A stretch of DNA of 64,000 nt from Azolla caroliniana (GCA_043228905.1 JBHGNT010000017.1:6572001-6636000); one strand, 5' to 3'. Shown: positions 49,801-62,910, counted from the stretch's first letter. Numbers and translations are program-made. Notes: generated from the letters alone by a model not told the origin.

Positions 49801-52459
49801 CTGGATGTCCAGTAGATGGGGCATCATGACATTCATACAGAATTTTATTCTTGATGTCCTTTATGTGTGGTATGCAAACCTTACTATTGCAGTACAATAA
49901 CCCATTCGTAACATAGTAAGGTTCTTTGGGGTAGATGTGGTTCCATAATCGATGTCAATACCTCTTTTAGCTCTCTTCCAGATCTTGGAAAATGTTCTGT
50001 CATCAAGGTATTTTTGTTTACCCCGGATCAAATCAACTAAGTCATTAAATTCCACGAAACTTAGGGCATTAATTTCTAGAATACGACTCAGGGCATCTGC
50101 AACGGAATTCAAAGCCCCTTTTCGATCTCTAATTTCGAAATCAAAGTCTTGCATCAACTCTGCCCATCTTGCCTTTCGACCCTCAAAATTTTGTTGAGAG
50201 AGGAAGTATTGCAAGGATTTGTGGTCCTTTAAAACAGTGAATTTACTACCATACAAATAATGTCACCATTTCTTTAAGGCATAAATGATAGCAAATAATT
50301 CTTTTTCTTGAACTGAATAATTTCTTTGGGCCGAATCCAATTTTTTGCTTTCAAAAGCAATTGGTCTCCCAATTTGAAATAATGCAGCCCTAATAGCATA
50401 ATCACTTGCATCTGTCTCAACTTCAAATGTTTGATTAGGATCAGGTATAGCTAAAGTAGGTGCATTCACAATTAATGACTTCAATTTATTGAAGGTTTCT
50501 TCAAGAGAGGCATTCCACTCAATAGGTTTATTGGACTTTCTTGTAATACCCTTCCATAGGTCCGTAAATGTTGTAGTGTAGGATGAATAGTTTTGAAGAG
50601 ATCTTCTTAGGAATCCAACAAATACTAAGAAAGATCGTAGCTCCTTAACATTTGAAGGTCGTAGCCAATTTAATATCGTGTCTATCTTAGATTTATCGAT
50701 AGACATACCCGACCTAGATATGTGGTGTCCAAGATACATAATTTCCTTTTGAAAGTAATCCCATTTAGATAGTTTGGCAAATAGCTTGTGTTCATGAAGC
50801 TTGTCCAAAACTATTCGGACATGACCCTCAAATGTATTACTATATACCATGATGTCATCAAGGAATACAACCACGAAATCACCAAGTTGATCTCTGAATG
50901 TATCATTCATCAATTGTTGGAATGTGGCTAGAGCATCAGTCAACCCAAATGGTAGAACCCGAAATTCATAATAACCATAACGAGTTCGGAAAGTTGTTTT
51001 GGAAACATCTTCTTCCGAAACCATGATCTGATGATAGCAGTGCGCAAGTCTATCTTAGTAAAATATCTTGCACTTTGGAGTCTATCTATCAAGTCATCAG
51101 AACGAGGCAAAGGGTAGGAATTGCGAATGGTGAGTTTATTCAAACCCTTGTAATTTACACACATTCACCAAGTTCCATCCTTCTTCTTGGCTAAGATGAC
51201 GGGAGCTCCCCATGGTGATTTGTTGTACCGGATGTGTCCCATCCTCAAGTACTCCTTGATTTGTCGGGCAATTTCATCCTCTTCAGTTTGACTCAACCGA
51301 TAAGGGGGTATGCTCACAGGTTTAGCACCTGGCACCAAGTTTATCTTATGATCTATAGACCGAGAAGGAGGTAGTCCTTGAGGTAGCTTATCCGAGAATA
51401 TCTCCTTAAAATGCGACAAGATGTCACATAGAGCATCTTTCTCAAAATCATCCAATGAACTCTTATCTACAAATTGATACAGAGGATCATTGGGCTCTAA
51501 TATACACACATAAAATTGTGCATCGACGTTTCGATCATAAGCATAAAGATGATTAACAGACATTAAATTGTTTATCGCAATCCCATGAATAAAAACTTGT
51601 TGGTTGTTATTTCCTTCAAAAGAAATAGTATGATTCAGCCAATCGATATAAAGACTATGTCTATTATAAAACTATATGTAACCAAGAACTACATCTACCG
51701 TCCGTAAACGCATTACATGAAAAGTAAACTTTTCAATGTAGTTATTTATTACTAGGGGTACACCATGTGCAATTAATGAATGCCTTTGTACATGGTCTCC
51801 CGCAATAAGGACTTTGTAGTCATGGTCACTTTTGGTTGTTTTTATTCGTAACATCTGCACCATATTAGAGTCAAGAAAATTATGAGTGCTACCACAATCA
51901 AATAGTATAGTTACACTTTGATTGTGGGTAGTCCCATAAGTTTTAAGTAAATCGTGTGGTCCAAGTATATTTTTTTGTAATGCAATATTACTAACGGAAT
52001 TCAAATAATTCAAGAACATACTTGGAGTATTGGAAGTTGATTGCTTTCTTTACGGATTGTTGGAGTTACCTCTCTCCTTTCTCGCCTACACTCATTGGCT
52101 TTTTGCCCAGGCTTGTTACAAAAGTTGCAAATTATTACCCGCTTTTTCGCATTGTCGCTTTGACCTATCGGAGAAGGTTGGTATCTACGTTTACCGCTTT
52201 CTTCTTCCGACTCTTTTGGTTGGTAATGAGCTTTTGTGTCAAATAGAATGCGGGTATGTTCCATCGCTTCTCCTAAGGTCTTGGGTTGATGAGCGTGGAT
52301 CTCATAATGAAAATCTTTATTATGGAAACTATTAATATATAATCCTATCAGTATTTCCTCATTAGAAGCTGACAAAAGTCCATGCTTTGTATCAAGTCAC
52401 GGAAATACTGATTGAATTGGTCAATAGTTCTGCCCTTATCAGACAAGTGACACATATCT

Positions 52460-53043
52460 TGTTAGCAAAAGGGGTACCTCAGGATGGGAAAAGAAGAGCC
52501 GAGTTGATGAGAAACTCGGTCGAGGCTGATAGGCCGAGGCCGAAACCGAAATCGTGTAGACAGCCAACTCGGAAGACTATACTTGTAAATAGTCTAAATA
52601 TGCCCTTATGGGCTACACTTCTAAATAACCCAAAAGGTGTACCAATATAAGTACTTAGGGCAATTATAATGTTACTATGATGATGAGTTGTTGTTAAAAA
52701 GGTTACTTAGAAGGTCGTTGCCTTTTTTGTAATTGTGTAACAATAAGTGAGTCAGAGTGAGAGCGTGTGTAACTTTGTAGCCGTCTGTTGACGAAGTAGA
52801 ATCTCGAGGTCATTGCCTCGGAGCTTCTAGTTGTACTCCTCCTTTTAGCATAGTGATTCTGTTTCTCGTGGTTTGTGGATCCCCGTGGTTTTTCCCATTT
52901 TGGGTTTCCACGCTAAAATCGTGTGTTTCTGTCTCTTGTGCTATTTCTATTTTTGTACTCTATCTAAGTGCATTCAATTTTACGTTCCCTGCACCCGAAC
53001 ATCCGAACGAGCAGCCGGTTGTGGCTGGTCACGATTCCCGACA
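52460..53043 (+). mobile_element. Copia solo LTR inserted in the chromovirus gag
   Basis: TGTTAG...CCGACA with a perfect TSD TATCT. Confidence 0.92.
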
Positions 53044-54726
53044 TATCTTGTATCACTTGAGAAGTTGTCTTGGGACGGACAAATTCCATCCTTAGAATCT
53101 TTTCAAATGCCTCCCACATTCCCGGTTTTCTATCCAACCGCTCCCACCATGAGTTTGCGGCACTGATCATCTCACGAACCGCCATATTGATCTTTTCAGA
53201 GTCATTTTGAATATTCTTGAGGCGAAAGTGCGCATTCCATCGGTTTATCCAACTTCTCACAAACTCGTGGTTGCATTGCTTATCCCTTCCCAAGAACTGT
53301 TGAGGAGTAAATGAAGGCTTCTTCGTCGTATTGCTTGATGTGGAAGAGTGTGCCTTTAACTCCAAATTTTGTTGTTGAAGGTTTTCAAACTGATGTCTAT
53401 TGGCATCAAGAAGCCCTTCAAGTTTGGAGGAGAACGCAGTTGTGACCATTGTCATTGACTTGACAATATCATCTTGCTTTTGACGGAAATCATGCCTCGT
53501 GACGAATTCGATATCGTCATTAATATCCTCGTCACGGACCGGAGATATTGGTTGGTCGTCCTCATCTCGCATCAGAGAAATTGGATGACCTTGACGGGTG
53601 GGAGATGTGGGATGTGTCGAAAAACTACGATGGTTGGGAGATGTTTGATGTGCGGAATTGCGAGAGGAGGAAGCCATGATTAATACTAAGAGTTAAGAGA
53701 GTAAGGAAATAAGTCTGAAGTACTAAAGTATTATATAAGACTTTAGAATTTGGATGAGGGAGTGAAGTATCATATATTATCATGAGAGATAATACTTATA
53801 TACCTTTTTTAATTCAAGTCAGTGAGGATAAAAAATCCCCCTATGATATGTCCAATTTAGGAAATTATCCCCTTGATTAGACATTAGGAAATAAGACCAC
53901 CCTTTTTAGGAAATCGGTGATGAGTAGTCGGTCACCACCTCTCTCAAGATAATCGCTTAAATTCTTCCAAACTAGGAAATTCTCCCTTTTCAGTTAATGA
54001 AAAATCCTAGTTTAGGTTTTAGGAATAAACATCCCCTTTTTGGAAGTCTGTGGGAATAGCTTGTGATTTCCATGCGAATCACTACTAATAAACAGGGGTG
54101 ATGATCAAAACACCCCTTCAATCATCATCCCCCTATTCTTCCCCTAACTAAATTTTTTCCCCTTATCTCTCTCCTTTGCATCGATTAATAATTGATTATG
54201 ATCTTATCCATATAATCATAAAATCATCCTATTAATCAACTATATAATCATCCATATAATCCATCCATTAACGCTAATGATCAATGGTTTATCCATCCAT
54301 CATCGCGTAATTAAAAATGCACCCGTGGTGATGGATGATTGTGGCCATTCGAATAAACCTTAGGGTTGATGATCAATTGATTATTGACATTCAACGATCA
54401 TCACCCTAGTTCTATCGGCCAATTTTAATTAATTTGATTATCAATTATCATTATCCATATATATGATGATCATCAATTATTTCATTGAAATTTCGACGAT
54501 CAAGCATCACCTATAGTATATTAGGTGGCCGACCTCTAGAGATACGATCTCCACACGTAAGGCCGCCTCATGGGCATAGCCATTAGATCAAGAGGGGTAA
54601 ACGAAAAATAAAATATAAGTATATTTAAGGTGCTTTTATTTGAATAAATATTGTTGAAATGCACATAAGAGATCAAAACTAGTCTACTTAGCTTCTTACT
54701 TCTTAATCAATTTATAGTTGATACAA

Positions 54727-55719
54727 CGGAGCCCATTTGGGTTGGCTTGGCTAAAAAGGGTGTGCTAAAAGGGTGGAAGGGTGGCACAAAGGAACACATG
54801 CACACCACATTTCCCCCCTGCGAGAAACAAGAGATTGACGAGCATGAACAAGAAGAAGACAAGTACATGAACAAGAACAAGAACAGTGGCTTGTCGAAGG
54901 AGGGGGAGCATCTGATGGAAGGTTTCAAATGGAAATCCATGGATGATTCTAGTGCGAGGCGAGGGTTACGCCCATAGAGTGCTCGAAAACGGTTGATTTA
55001 TGCAACCATCTCGTGTTTGAGGGTCTTGTTGAGGCGTTCAGTGAAGATGGCATGGGGATGTAAACATCTACGAACACGTAGTTGAGTTGCAACGACGTTG
55101 AGGACATCCCCGTGGAACTGTTGGCCTTGATAGTTGGACGGGGCTAATGATGGAAAACGAGCTAGCAATCGGCGAATAGAGATCAATCACTCCTGTGGAC
55201 TAAGGGCCACCTGGACTTTGTTGAGGTGGGGACAGGATGGCTATCGTGTCGGAGGGGGATCGAGGAAAGATCATATGGCGGCGAAGATCAATCGCTCCTA
55301 TGGACTAAGGGCCACCTGGACTTGGTTGAGGTGGGGGACAAGAGGGCTATCGTGTCAGAGGGGGATCGGGGAAAAGATCATTTGGCAAAGAAAGATCAAT
55401 CACTCTTGTGGACTAAGGGCCACCTGGACTTGGCTGAGGTGGGGGACATGAGGGCTATCGTGTAGGAGGGGGATCGAAGAAACTCATGGGACAAGAATTT
55501 AGTGGGCAACCTAAGGTGAGGGGGAAGAGTTGTGGTGGGGCAAGACATAAAAGTGGTGTGAGAAAGTGAGAGTGTCTAAGGTGAAGGTGTAGTGGGCTTG
55601 CGTGCCATTGGGTCGGCTTGGCTAAAAAGGGTGTGCGAAAAGGGTGGGTCAACTTGGGTACGTGCATCCTAAAAAGGGTGACCTAAAAGGGTGACACAAA
55701 GGAACACATGCACACCACA
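54727..55719 (-). mobile_element. Candidate TRIM-like or deleted non-coding LTR element with an internal ~106-bp x3 tandem repeat
   Basis: Direct repeats ending CACAAAGGAACACATGCACACCACA at 54809 and 55719. A reverse-complement PPT (TTTCCCCCCTG) abuts 54809. Tandem unit at ~55180-55480. No clear TSD. Confidence 0.5.
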
Positions 55720-56904
55720 ATATATATTAAATATCTAATCGTACAACAAACACATAATAATAGTTTTATAAAACTTTTTTAACCCCTTGATTTTATTTTT
55801 TTTGTGCATAAGTGGATGAACTCATAGCTTTTACTTTTAGGGTTATAACATGAATGTACAAACCAACCCATCACACAAATCTTGTTATGATAAGGTCTAT
55901 GTCAAAACCTTAATATATTTATTATACATAACCCCCTACATTAAACTGCACATCAACATATCACCCCAAAACAGAATCTTCGTGGCGTTTTCGACACTTC
56001 CCCAATCCATCATTTAACATACATTAGTACATAAAAAAATAACATATTTTCCCATACTAAAGCACACAACGCGAATCCAATCAAACAATATTTTTTTAGG
56101 ATTAAAACCGCTCTAATACCATATGTAATAACCAAGATCATTAATCCTAAAATAAAGACATAAATGACACAATCATACTGAAAATACTCGTTACCACCCA
56201 TCCGCCCCCACGCTATAAAATAAAGACATAAATGACACAATCATACTAAAAATACCCATTACCACCCATCCGCAGACGAGGAATCCCGATCTGTCCCATA
56301 CTAGCCAGGATCTCCACGTCAGGACCTTGGTAGATGACTAGTCCACATTAAATAGAGCTTCGTTAGAACCACTCATGGAACCCCCCCTTGACTAAGGAGA
56401 GTATGCCCTATTTATAGGACCTAGGCCATGTAATGACATTTGCTTGACCAATCATGTGTGGGGTACCCTATGACACACATTAGGTCAATCCAATAAAGCC
56501 GAAGACTCAGATATTACAAAAGCCCCTAATAAGCACGTCTAAACCAATGAACATTACAACGTATCACTAAGAAGAAGGTAGAAGGAAGATTTACATGTAT
56601 GTGTGAGTAGTGTGTGTGAGATCGATGGAGAAGATAATCAATGTTGTCTCAAGCTTCGCTCACTTCCTATCTCTTGTGCCTTTTTAGTCAAATGTTTCTC
56701 TAATTTTCAGCCAGAAGGGGTGGGTTGGGTTCTTTGTTTCTTTTTTTCCTTACTCTACCCCTTGGTAGTGGCATATCTGCAATAAGTAAAAGTAGTGCAA
56801 TACTCTAGAGTCTACTCTACCCCTTTTAGTTGTGGCCTCCACTTTGAATGGAAAAACCCCACATATTCTCAACGACTTAATCTTGTTTTGTGCTGTTTCT
56901 TCAG

Positions 56905-57936
56905 ATCTCTGATGATTTCTGGAAGCAATCCTGCACACTGTCTCAGTTGCATCATCCCAATGTTGTTGCTTTTTTTATGGTGTAGTACCTACCACATGGA
57001 ACTCCTGCGACTGTGACCTAATTATAAATACATTGTCAATGGATTTTTAAAAATTTTGCTGAAAAACATTCAGGTTTGTAATCACGTAGAGAATGTTACT
57101 GTCGGGTTCACTTGCTTGATTGGTTCCAAAAATTACTATGTTTTTCTATTGCAGGACTATTGATTGGAGAAAGCGTCTTTGTATCGCAATGGATGCTGCC
57201 TTTGGAATTGATTACTTAAATAGTAAAAACATGTTGATTTGAAGTGTGAAAATCTTCTGCCTTTGGTCCCATCTGCAAGGTAGCATAATCTATTTTAAGT
57301 TTTCCCATCACAAGGATCACAAAGATGCAAAATTCTCGGGAAAGAATGCATGAATCATTGAATTACTTGCAGTTTGGTGACTTCGAGCTTTCCATTGGGA
57401 AGCATGAAACACTTATATCAGGTGGTGTCGTTGGAACAATTCAAAGGATGGCGCCAGAATTATTAAATCTCAATTCTAACATGGTTTATGGACCAGGTTT
57501 GTGTTATTTTGAATTACAGGCATTTAGTTTCTTTCAATTCAATCAACTATGGCATATGATAATAGATATTATTGTTTCTTTTCCTTCAACTGGAAAAACA
57601 GGTTGATGTCTATTCATTTGGCATTGTCATGTGGGAGCTTCTGACAGGAGAGGGTGCCATATTCCAATATGCAATTTGGAGCTATCATACGTAAGTTTAC
57701 TATTCTCTTAAGTTTTTAAGAAATTAATGTACATGGACAAATTGTTTTTGTCTGCAAAACCAATTATCCATTACATGCATAGGTGGCATAGTAGGCGGTA
57801 CACTCTCTGTCCATCCATATCGATTTGGTGTGATCTTGGTTGGAGGCAACTTATGGAGTTATGCTGGTCAGGTGATCCTTCCAAAAGACCATCATTTAAA
57901 GAAGTTGCCTCAGAGTTGAGGCCAATTGCTGCATAG
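56905..57936 (+). pseudogene. Raf-like MAPKKK (B4/PB1-kinase type) kinase-domain pseudogene fragment, 5 exons
   Basis: GT-AG exons 56905-57073 (DFWK...LSQLHHPNVVAF), 57155-57279 (RKRLCIAMDAAFG..YL, DLKCENLL), 57373-57496 (GDF, SGGV.GT..MAPELL), 57602-57690 (VDVYSFGIVMWELLTGE) and 57783-57936 (LMELCWSGDPSKRPSF). Frameshifts, stops and DFG changed to DFE. Confidence 0.88.
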
Positions 57937-58537
57937 GTTTGTGCAAAATGAGGTATTACAGCTATTCACTACTGAACTACAGAACGAAATTATTCAAGAA
58001 AAGTTTTCTAGATGTTGAGTTGATATGCATTGTGTCACCATTTCGGTAACTTAGTCAAAGCTCTATGCAAAAGAAGGTTGCTAATAAGGATCTGTAGTGG
58101 ATGGTAAATCCTGCGTGGAGAGTTTATCTGTAAGTTCACAGTTTGGGACAGATGACACATAGAAGCAGCAATAGCAGAAAAGGCAATTTGTAGGTTTTTG
58201 AGAGTTGAGTCAGATATAGGAATCAGCAACGGTTTGGTTTCGGCTTAACCAGTTTGCCCTTGTCCAAATCAGCCGGTTAAGCCTTGTTCAGGCTTGAGCC
58301 GAGCCGGTGCTTGTCTTTTTCAGCTGTTGATGTGAATCTCGGAGACTTTTACTTTTTTGCAACAACCATGTTTGTACATTTGGGGATTTTGTATGCTATA
58401 GTGAGTTGTCCCAATAACTATATTCTGTACACTTTGGAGATTTGTACTAATGCATAATCACTATTGTGGTATTAGTTATTTTTTTCATTCAAGAATGTTT
58501 CGTAAGTGATCTTTCCTTTTGCCCTATACCCCAATGT

Positions 58538-58637
58538 NNNNNNNNNNNNNNNNNNNNNNNNNNNNNNNNNNNNNNNNNNNNNNNNNNNNNNNNNNNNNNN
58601 NNNNNNNNNNNNNNNNNNNNNNNNNNNNNNNNNNNNN
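58538..58637. other. Assembly gap (100 N)
   Basis: A run of exactly 100 n, a typical fixed-size scaffold join. Confidence 0.99.
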
Positions 58638-59560
58638 AAGGTTTGGTATGCATTTTGTTATATGTCGACGATTTGGTTGTTATTGGGCCCGACCTCACAA
58701 AAATTGGCCAAATGAAGTCCCAACTGTCGAACACATTCGAAATGAAGGACTTGGGGGAACTTCATTACTTCCTCAGGATCTAAGTGATCCATACCCCCGA
58801 TGGCATATTGCTATCTCAACGACACTATGTGCTGAATATGCTATATAAGTTTGGCATGACCGGCTTGCAATGAGAAACGGTTCTGACAAATTGTTGGAAG
58901 CTTTATCTATTTAACAATAACCCGACTCGACATCAGTTGTTTGGTCAGAGTGATCAATCAATTCAGACAGAGGCCGACCATCGAGCACCTTCAGTGCGTG
59001 CATTGACTCTTGAGATATGTGAGCAGCACTAAGGATCAGGGACTGTTATACCGACACGGTATAACCGAAAAGCTAGTCGGTTATACAGATGCCGATTGGG
59101 CCGGTGATGCGTCAAATTGTCGGTCCACCTCCGGTTTCATGTTTTCTCTCGGGAGCGCGAATGTTGCATGCAGCAGCAAGAAGCAACTAATAGTGGCTCT
59201 ATCGAGCACTAAGGCTGAGTATTGGGGCGTTATCGTCGCTACTTGTGAAGGCATTTGGCTTCGGCGGCTAATGCAAGACCTCCGGATCGAAGTACCGACT
59301 TCGATCCCGATCTATTGTGACAACATGAGTAGCATGCATTTGGCCAAGAACCCTATATTCCATGCTCAAACAAAGCACATAGAAGTGCATTACCACTTTG
59401 TGCACGAGCGGGTCCTGAGTGGTGAGGTCGAACTCCGGTATGTTCATGCGGATCGACAGGCTCCTAACATCTTCACCAAGCCACTCAGATTGGACAAGTT
59501 GCAACATGTTTTGGAGATGCTTGGGCTACAACATCTCGACATGCCACACTTGAGGGGGAG
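58638..59560 (+). pseudogene. Copia RT-RNaseH remnant
   Basis: LLYVDDL, FEMKDLGELHYFL, GYTDADWAG and TKHIEVHYHF motifs, with an internal deletion near 58860. Confidence 0.9.
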
Positions 59561-59965
59561 AACCGGAACAAGATTCAGAGAGACGGGTAAAGGCATCGGA
59601 GAAGTAGTCGGGAAGGAGGAGAAGGCCGACAGTGGGGGAGACAAGAAGAAAAAGGGAGCCGAGTTGACTAAAGAAGTCTGCACATACAAAAAAGTCGGAA
59701 CAAGAGGTGACAACGGTAGAGTCCAGAAGGACAAAGTTGACCGGAAGAAGAAGGCCAAGACCGGGACATGGTTTGATGTGATAAGGGCTTGAATATTGAG
59801 GACGAATTGGAGATAGCCAATTCGGACAAGAGTTAGAACAAAACAGAGGCATCCGATTCGAAGAAGTTGAATCAACAGAAGGCCAAACGATGAGAGGGTA
59901 ACAGAAGTCAACGCCGACATGGAGGAACCGACTGGTCGTGAAGCGCCGAAGTCATAGTAACGAAG

Positions 59966-60938
59966 TGGCAGGAACTGCATGCTCCCTATACGCAACGCTC
60001 GGCCACAACCGAGCTTAGAATCATACACAGAAAATAGGAAATAATGAATGACACGAAAAAGAGACGAGTACGCAGGATGTTTACGTGGAAAACCCAAACT
60101 AAGGGAAAAACCACGGCAGCCCACAGGCTGCAAACTATCACTATGCTAGAATGTACAACAGTGAGTTCACGGAGGCAACGACCTCGTGCTCACGATCCTC
60201 GCCACAGGCGGCGGTTACAACAGAGGCAACGACCTCTCTCTCTCTCTCTCTCTGTACACGGTTTCACGCTATCTCTCTCCTTGCACCAACAAGAATGAAC
60301 ACAACAACAGTAATCTAAAAGTTTGCCCTAAGTCATATTTATACTAATATGACTTTTCGGCTATTTACAAATATAGCCTCGATGGACTCTCAGAAACATA
60401 TTTACAAATATGTCTCTTCATCCGGTGAGCACTTCTCACTGGGTTTGCACCATCTGGCTCTCCGTAGCCGGGTACTCCTCATCCGGTCTTCACCGGGTCT
60501 GCACCATCCGGCTCTCCGTGGCCGGGTACTCCTCATCCGGTCTTCACCGGGTCTGCACCATCCGGCTCTCCGTGGCCGGGTACTCCTCATCCGGTCTTCA
60601 CCGGGTTTGCACCATCCGGCTCTCCGTAGCCGGGTACTCCTCATTTGGTCTTCACCGGGTCTGCACCATCCGGCTCTCCGTAGCCGGGTACTCCTCATCT
60701 GGTCTTCACCGGGTCTACACCATCCGACTCTCCGTAGCCGGGTACTCCTCATCTGGTCTTCACCGGGTCTGCACCATCCGGCTCTCTGTAGCCGGGTACT
60801 CCTCATCCGGTCTTCACCGGGTCTGCACCATCCGGCTCTCCGTAGCCGGGTACTCGTCATACGGTTTCGGCCTCGGCCAAGTTTGTTCATCAACACTGTT
60901 CTTCTCCTTTCCCATCCGGAGGGACCTGTCTCCCAACA
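59966..60938 (-). mobile_element. Copia solo LTR (related to the 4295 and 42678 LTRs) with an expanded U3 repeat
   Basis: TG...CCCAACA with a perfect TSD CGAAG (59961-59965, 60939-60943). Shares TTTACGTGGAAAACCC and CTATTTACAAATATAGCC blocks. Confidence 0.9.
60436..60866. repeat. 54-bp tandem repeat x8
   Basis: Unit CCGGGTCTGCACCATCCGGCTCTCCGTAGCCGGGTACTCCTCATCCGGTCTTCA. Confidence 0.95.
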
Positions 60939-61084
60939 CGAAGGAGCTGAGATGGGCTTGATGAGCAGACGAGCCAACCAAGAAGGTCGAGGAGCGCTAA
61001 CCCGTTGGGTCGAGGAGTGCGAGCAAGGTGGGAAGACGCCAGGAGTGTCATATCGGGTGCGATTTGCGGAAACGTATATGGATC

Positions 61085-62030
61085 TGTTGTCGGTCCTGAA
61101 CAACAAACAACGGAGGCAGAAAATAGAATAGGCGTGGACTTACAAAATGCAAGCTCTAATGGAAAGCTTTATTGCTTCGTTCTCACTCTCTCTTTGAGAT
61201 ACAATGCACATACCCTTCGTTTCTCTGTGACTCGTGTTTGTATACAATGTTAAGTATTTGCTTATATACTAAGCCCTAACTTATTGACGAGTTGACACTC
61301 GGACGGATACAACTTGGAAGGAGCGTCCTTTTATGCCAACAAAATCCCCTGTAAAAGGACTACTCTTTCTTGCATGTACAAGTGTTTGGGACTATATCCC
61401 CCGTAAGCCTAGATTACAAAATTGATCTAAGTTTATATGTTACAAGTTTGTCAGCATGCAACTGAGTGGGCAGATGTATAGGACGTGTGGTTATTGTTCC
61501 GATCAGATCTTACCTTCTGCTCCTCGTTCGACTTTCTTTTGCTCGGTCGCTTGTCATAGCCACATTTTCATCCTTAGTGCTCCGAAGCGTAGATATGGGA
61601 GTGGCTTCGTCAGGCAATCGGCGATGTTCACCTCGGTGTCGATCTTCTGGACTTCGAGTTTCTTTTCGTTTACAAGCTCCCTGATATGATGATACCGCAC
61701 CTCAATGTGCTTCATCTTTGCTTGATAGATGGGATTGTTGATGAGGTGTATTGCGCTCTATGAGTTGCAATAGATGGTCGGCGCTGGTAGGTCGTTTCGG
61801 CTTGCAATTCCGAAGTCGGCAGTCTGTCGGTGCAGCCAGATCACTTCCTTCGATGCTTCTGATACTGCTATGTACTCAACTTCTGTGGTAGACAAAGCCG
61901 TGCACTCTTGAAGTTTCGGCCTCCATGATATCACCCCGCCGCCATAGGTGAAGATGTAGCCTGATGCCGATTTCTGATTATCTGCATTTCCGGCATAGTC
62001 GGAATCAGTGTAGCCTTCGACTTCGACTTC
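61085..62030 (-). mobile_element. Copia 3' fragment (RNaseH, PPT, 3' LTR ~61085-61341)
   Basis: EGYTDSDYAG...LQECTALSTTEVEY motifs. A reverse-complement PPT (AGGGG) at ~61346-61350 precedes TGTTGG. Confidence 0.8.
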
Positions 62031-62910
62031 GGCAAACCGGAACTGGAACCAGCCGGAGCAAGCAAAATCGAAAACCGGCCGGTAATCAAAACCGGAATCT
62101 GGAAACCGGCCGGTAAGCAAAACCGGAACCACAGCCGACAAGCAAACTGGAACCGGAACCGGTCGGCAAGCAAAATGGAACTGGCCGGCGAGGGATTCGG
62201 CGATTGGGCGGAACCGGCTACCGAACGAGGTTGGACGCAGACGGACGGAAGATTGGATCATGCAACAAACTAAAGTAAAGTGAAGAGAACTAAAGTAAAG
62301 GCCATGTGGACGCAAGCAACTAAAGTTGGAGTGCATGCAATAAGTAAAGGTCATGTGGACGGTCACATGCAACTAAACGAAAAAGTCATGCAACTAAAAG
62401 AAAAAGCTAAGCAACTAAAAGTAGAGGCCATGCAACGAAAAGTGGACATGCAGATGATCAAGGGAGAACTCCATATAAAATTCCATTTTTTTTTCCTACA
62501 CTCGGGCTCTGTCCATATATTATATTGTTTTTCTTTTCCTTCTAGGCTCCCCTATCTTATCGAAGCCATATCTCTCAAGAAAACCCTAATTTTCTTATCG
62601 AAGCCATATCTCTCAAGTAAACCCTAATTTCCTTACGGAAGCCATATCTCTCAAGTAAACCCTAATTTCCTTACAGAAGCCATATCTTACTCATAACCCT
62701 AAATTTCCATACGGAAGTTATTCAACTCATAAAACCATAATCTCTTATCAAAACCAAAAACCCTAATTTTCTAGAGAATTCATATCTTAATTTCCTCTAA
62801 TCTATTACTCTAGCCATCTCCATTAGCAAACTTTTTGTAATCCCAATCTTGGGATTAATTGTAATCTTTCTTTCTACTTGTTAATGAAATTTGTTAAGCT
62901 TTCTCATTTC
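62031..62910 (-). repeat. Second copy of the unclassified repeat at 31978-32830
   Basis: Reverse-complement homology over ~850 bp with the same GAAATGAGAAAG boundary. Confidence 0.8.

Larger units (their letters stand above)
48159..56558 (-). mobile_element. Ty3/Gypsy chromovirus (Tekay/Reina-type group II chromodomain), degenerate, with a long leader
   Basis: LTRs at 48159-48553 and 56124-56558, TSD ACGTA, PBS TGGTATTAGAGC at 56110-56121 and PPT at ~48558-48567. Gag from 53677, PR LFDCGS, RT FLDD, INT, and chromodomain PEKILDHR...YKVKW...NTWE. Confidence 0.94.

Noticed and set aside
58466-58848. ORFs spanning the N run
   Set aside because: Artefacts of translating through the gap. The two sides need not be adjacent.
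60349-61131. 260, 234 and 183-aa ORFs with 18-aa repeats
   Set aside because: A by-product of a stop-free 54-bp tandem repeat inside a solo LTR. It is open on both strands and crosses the LTR boundary.
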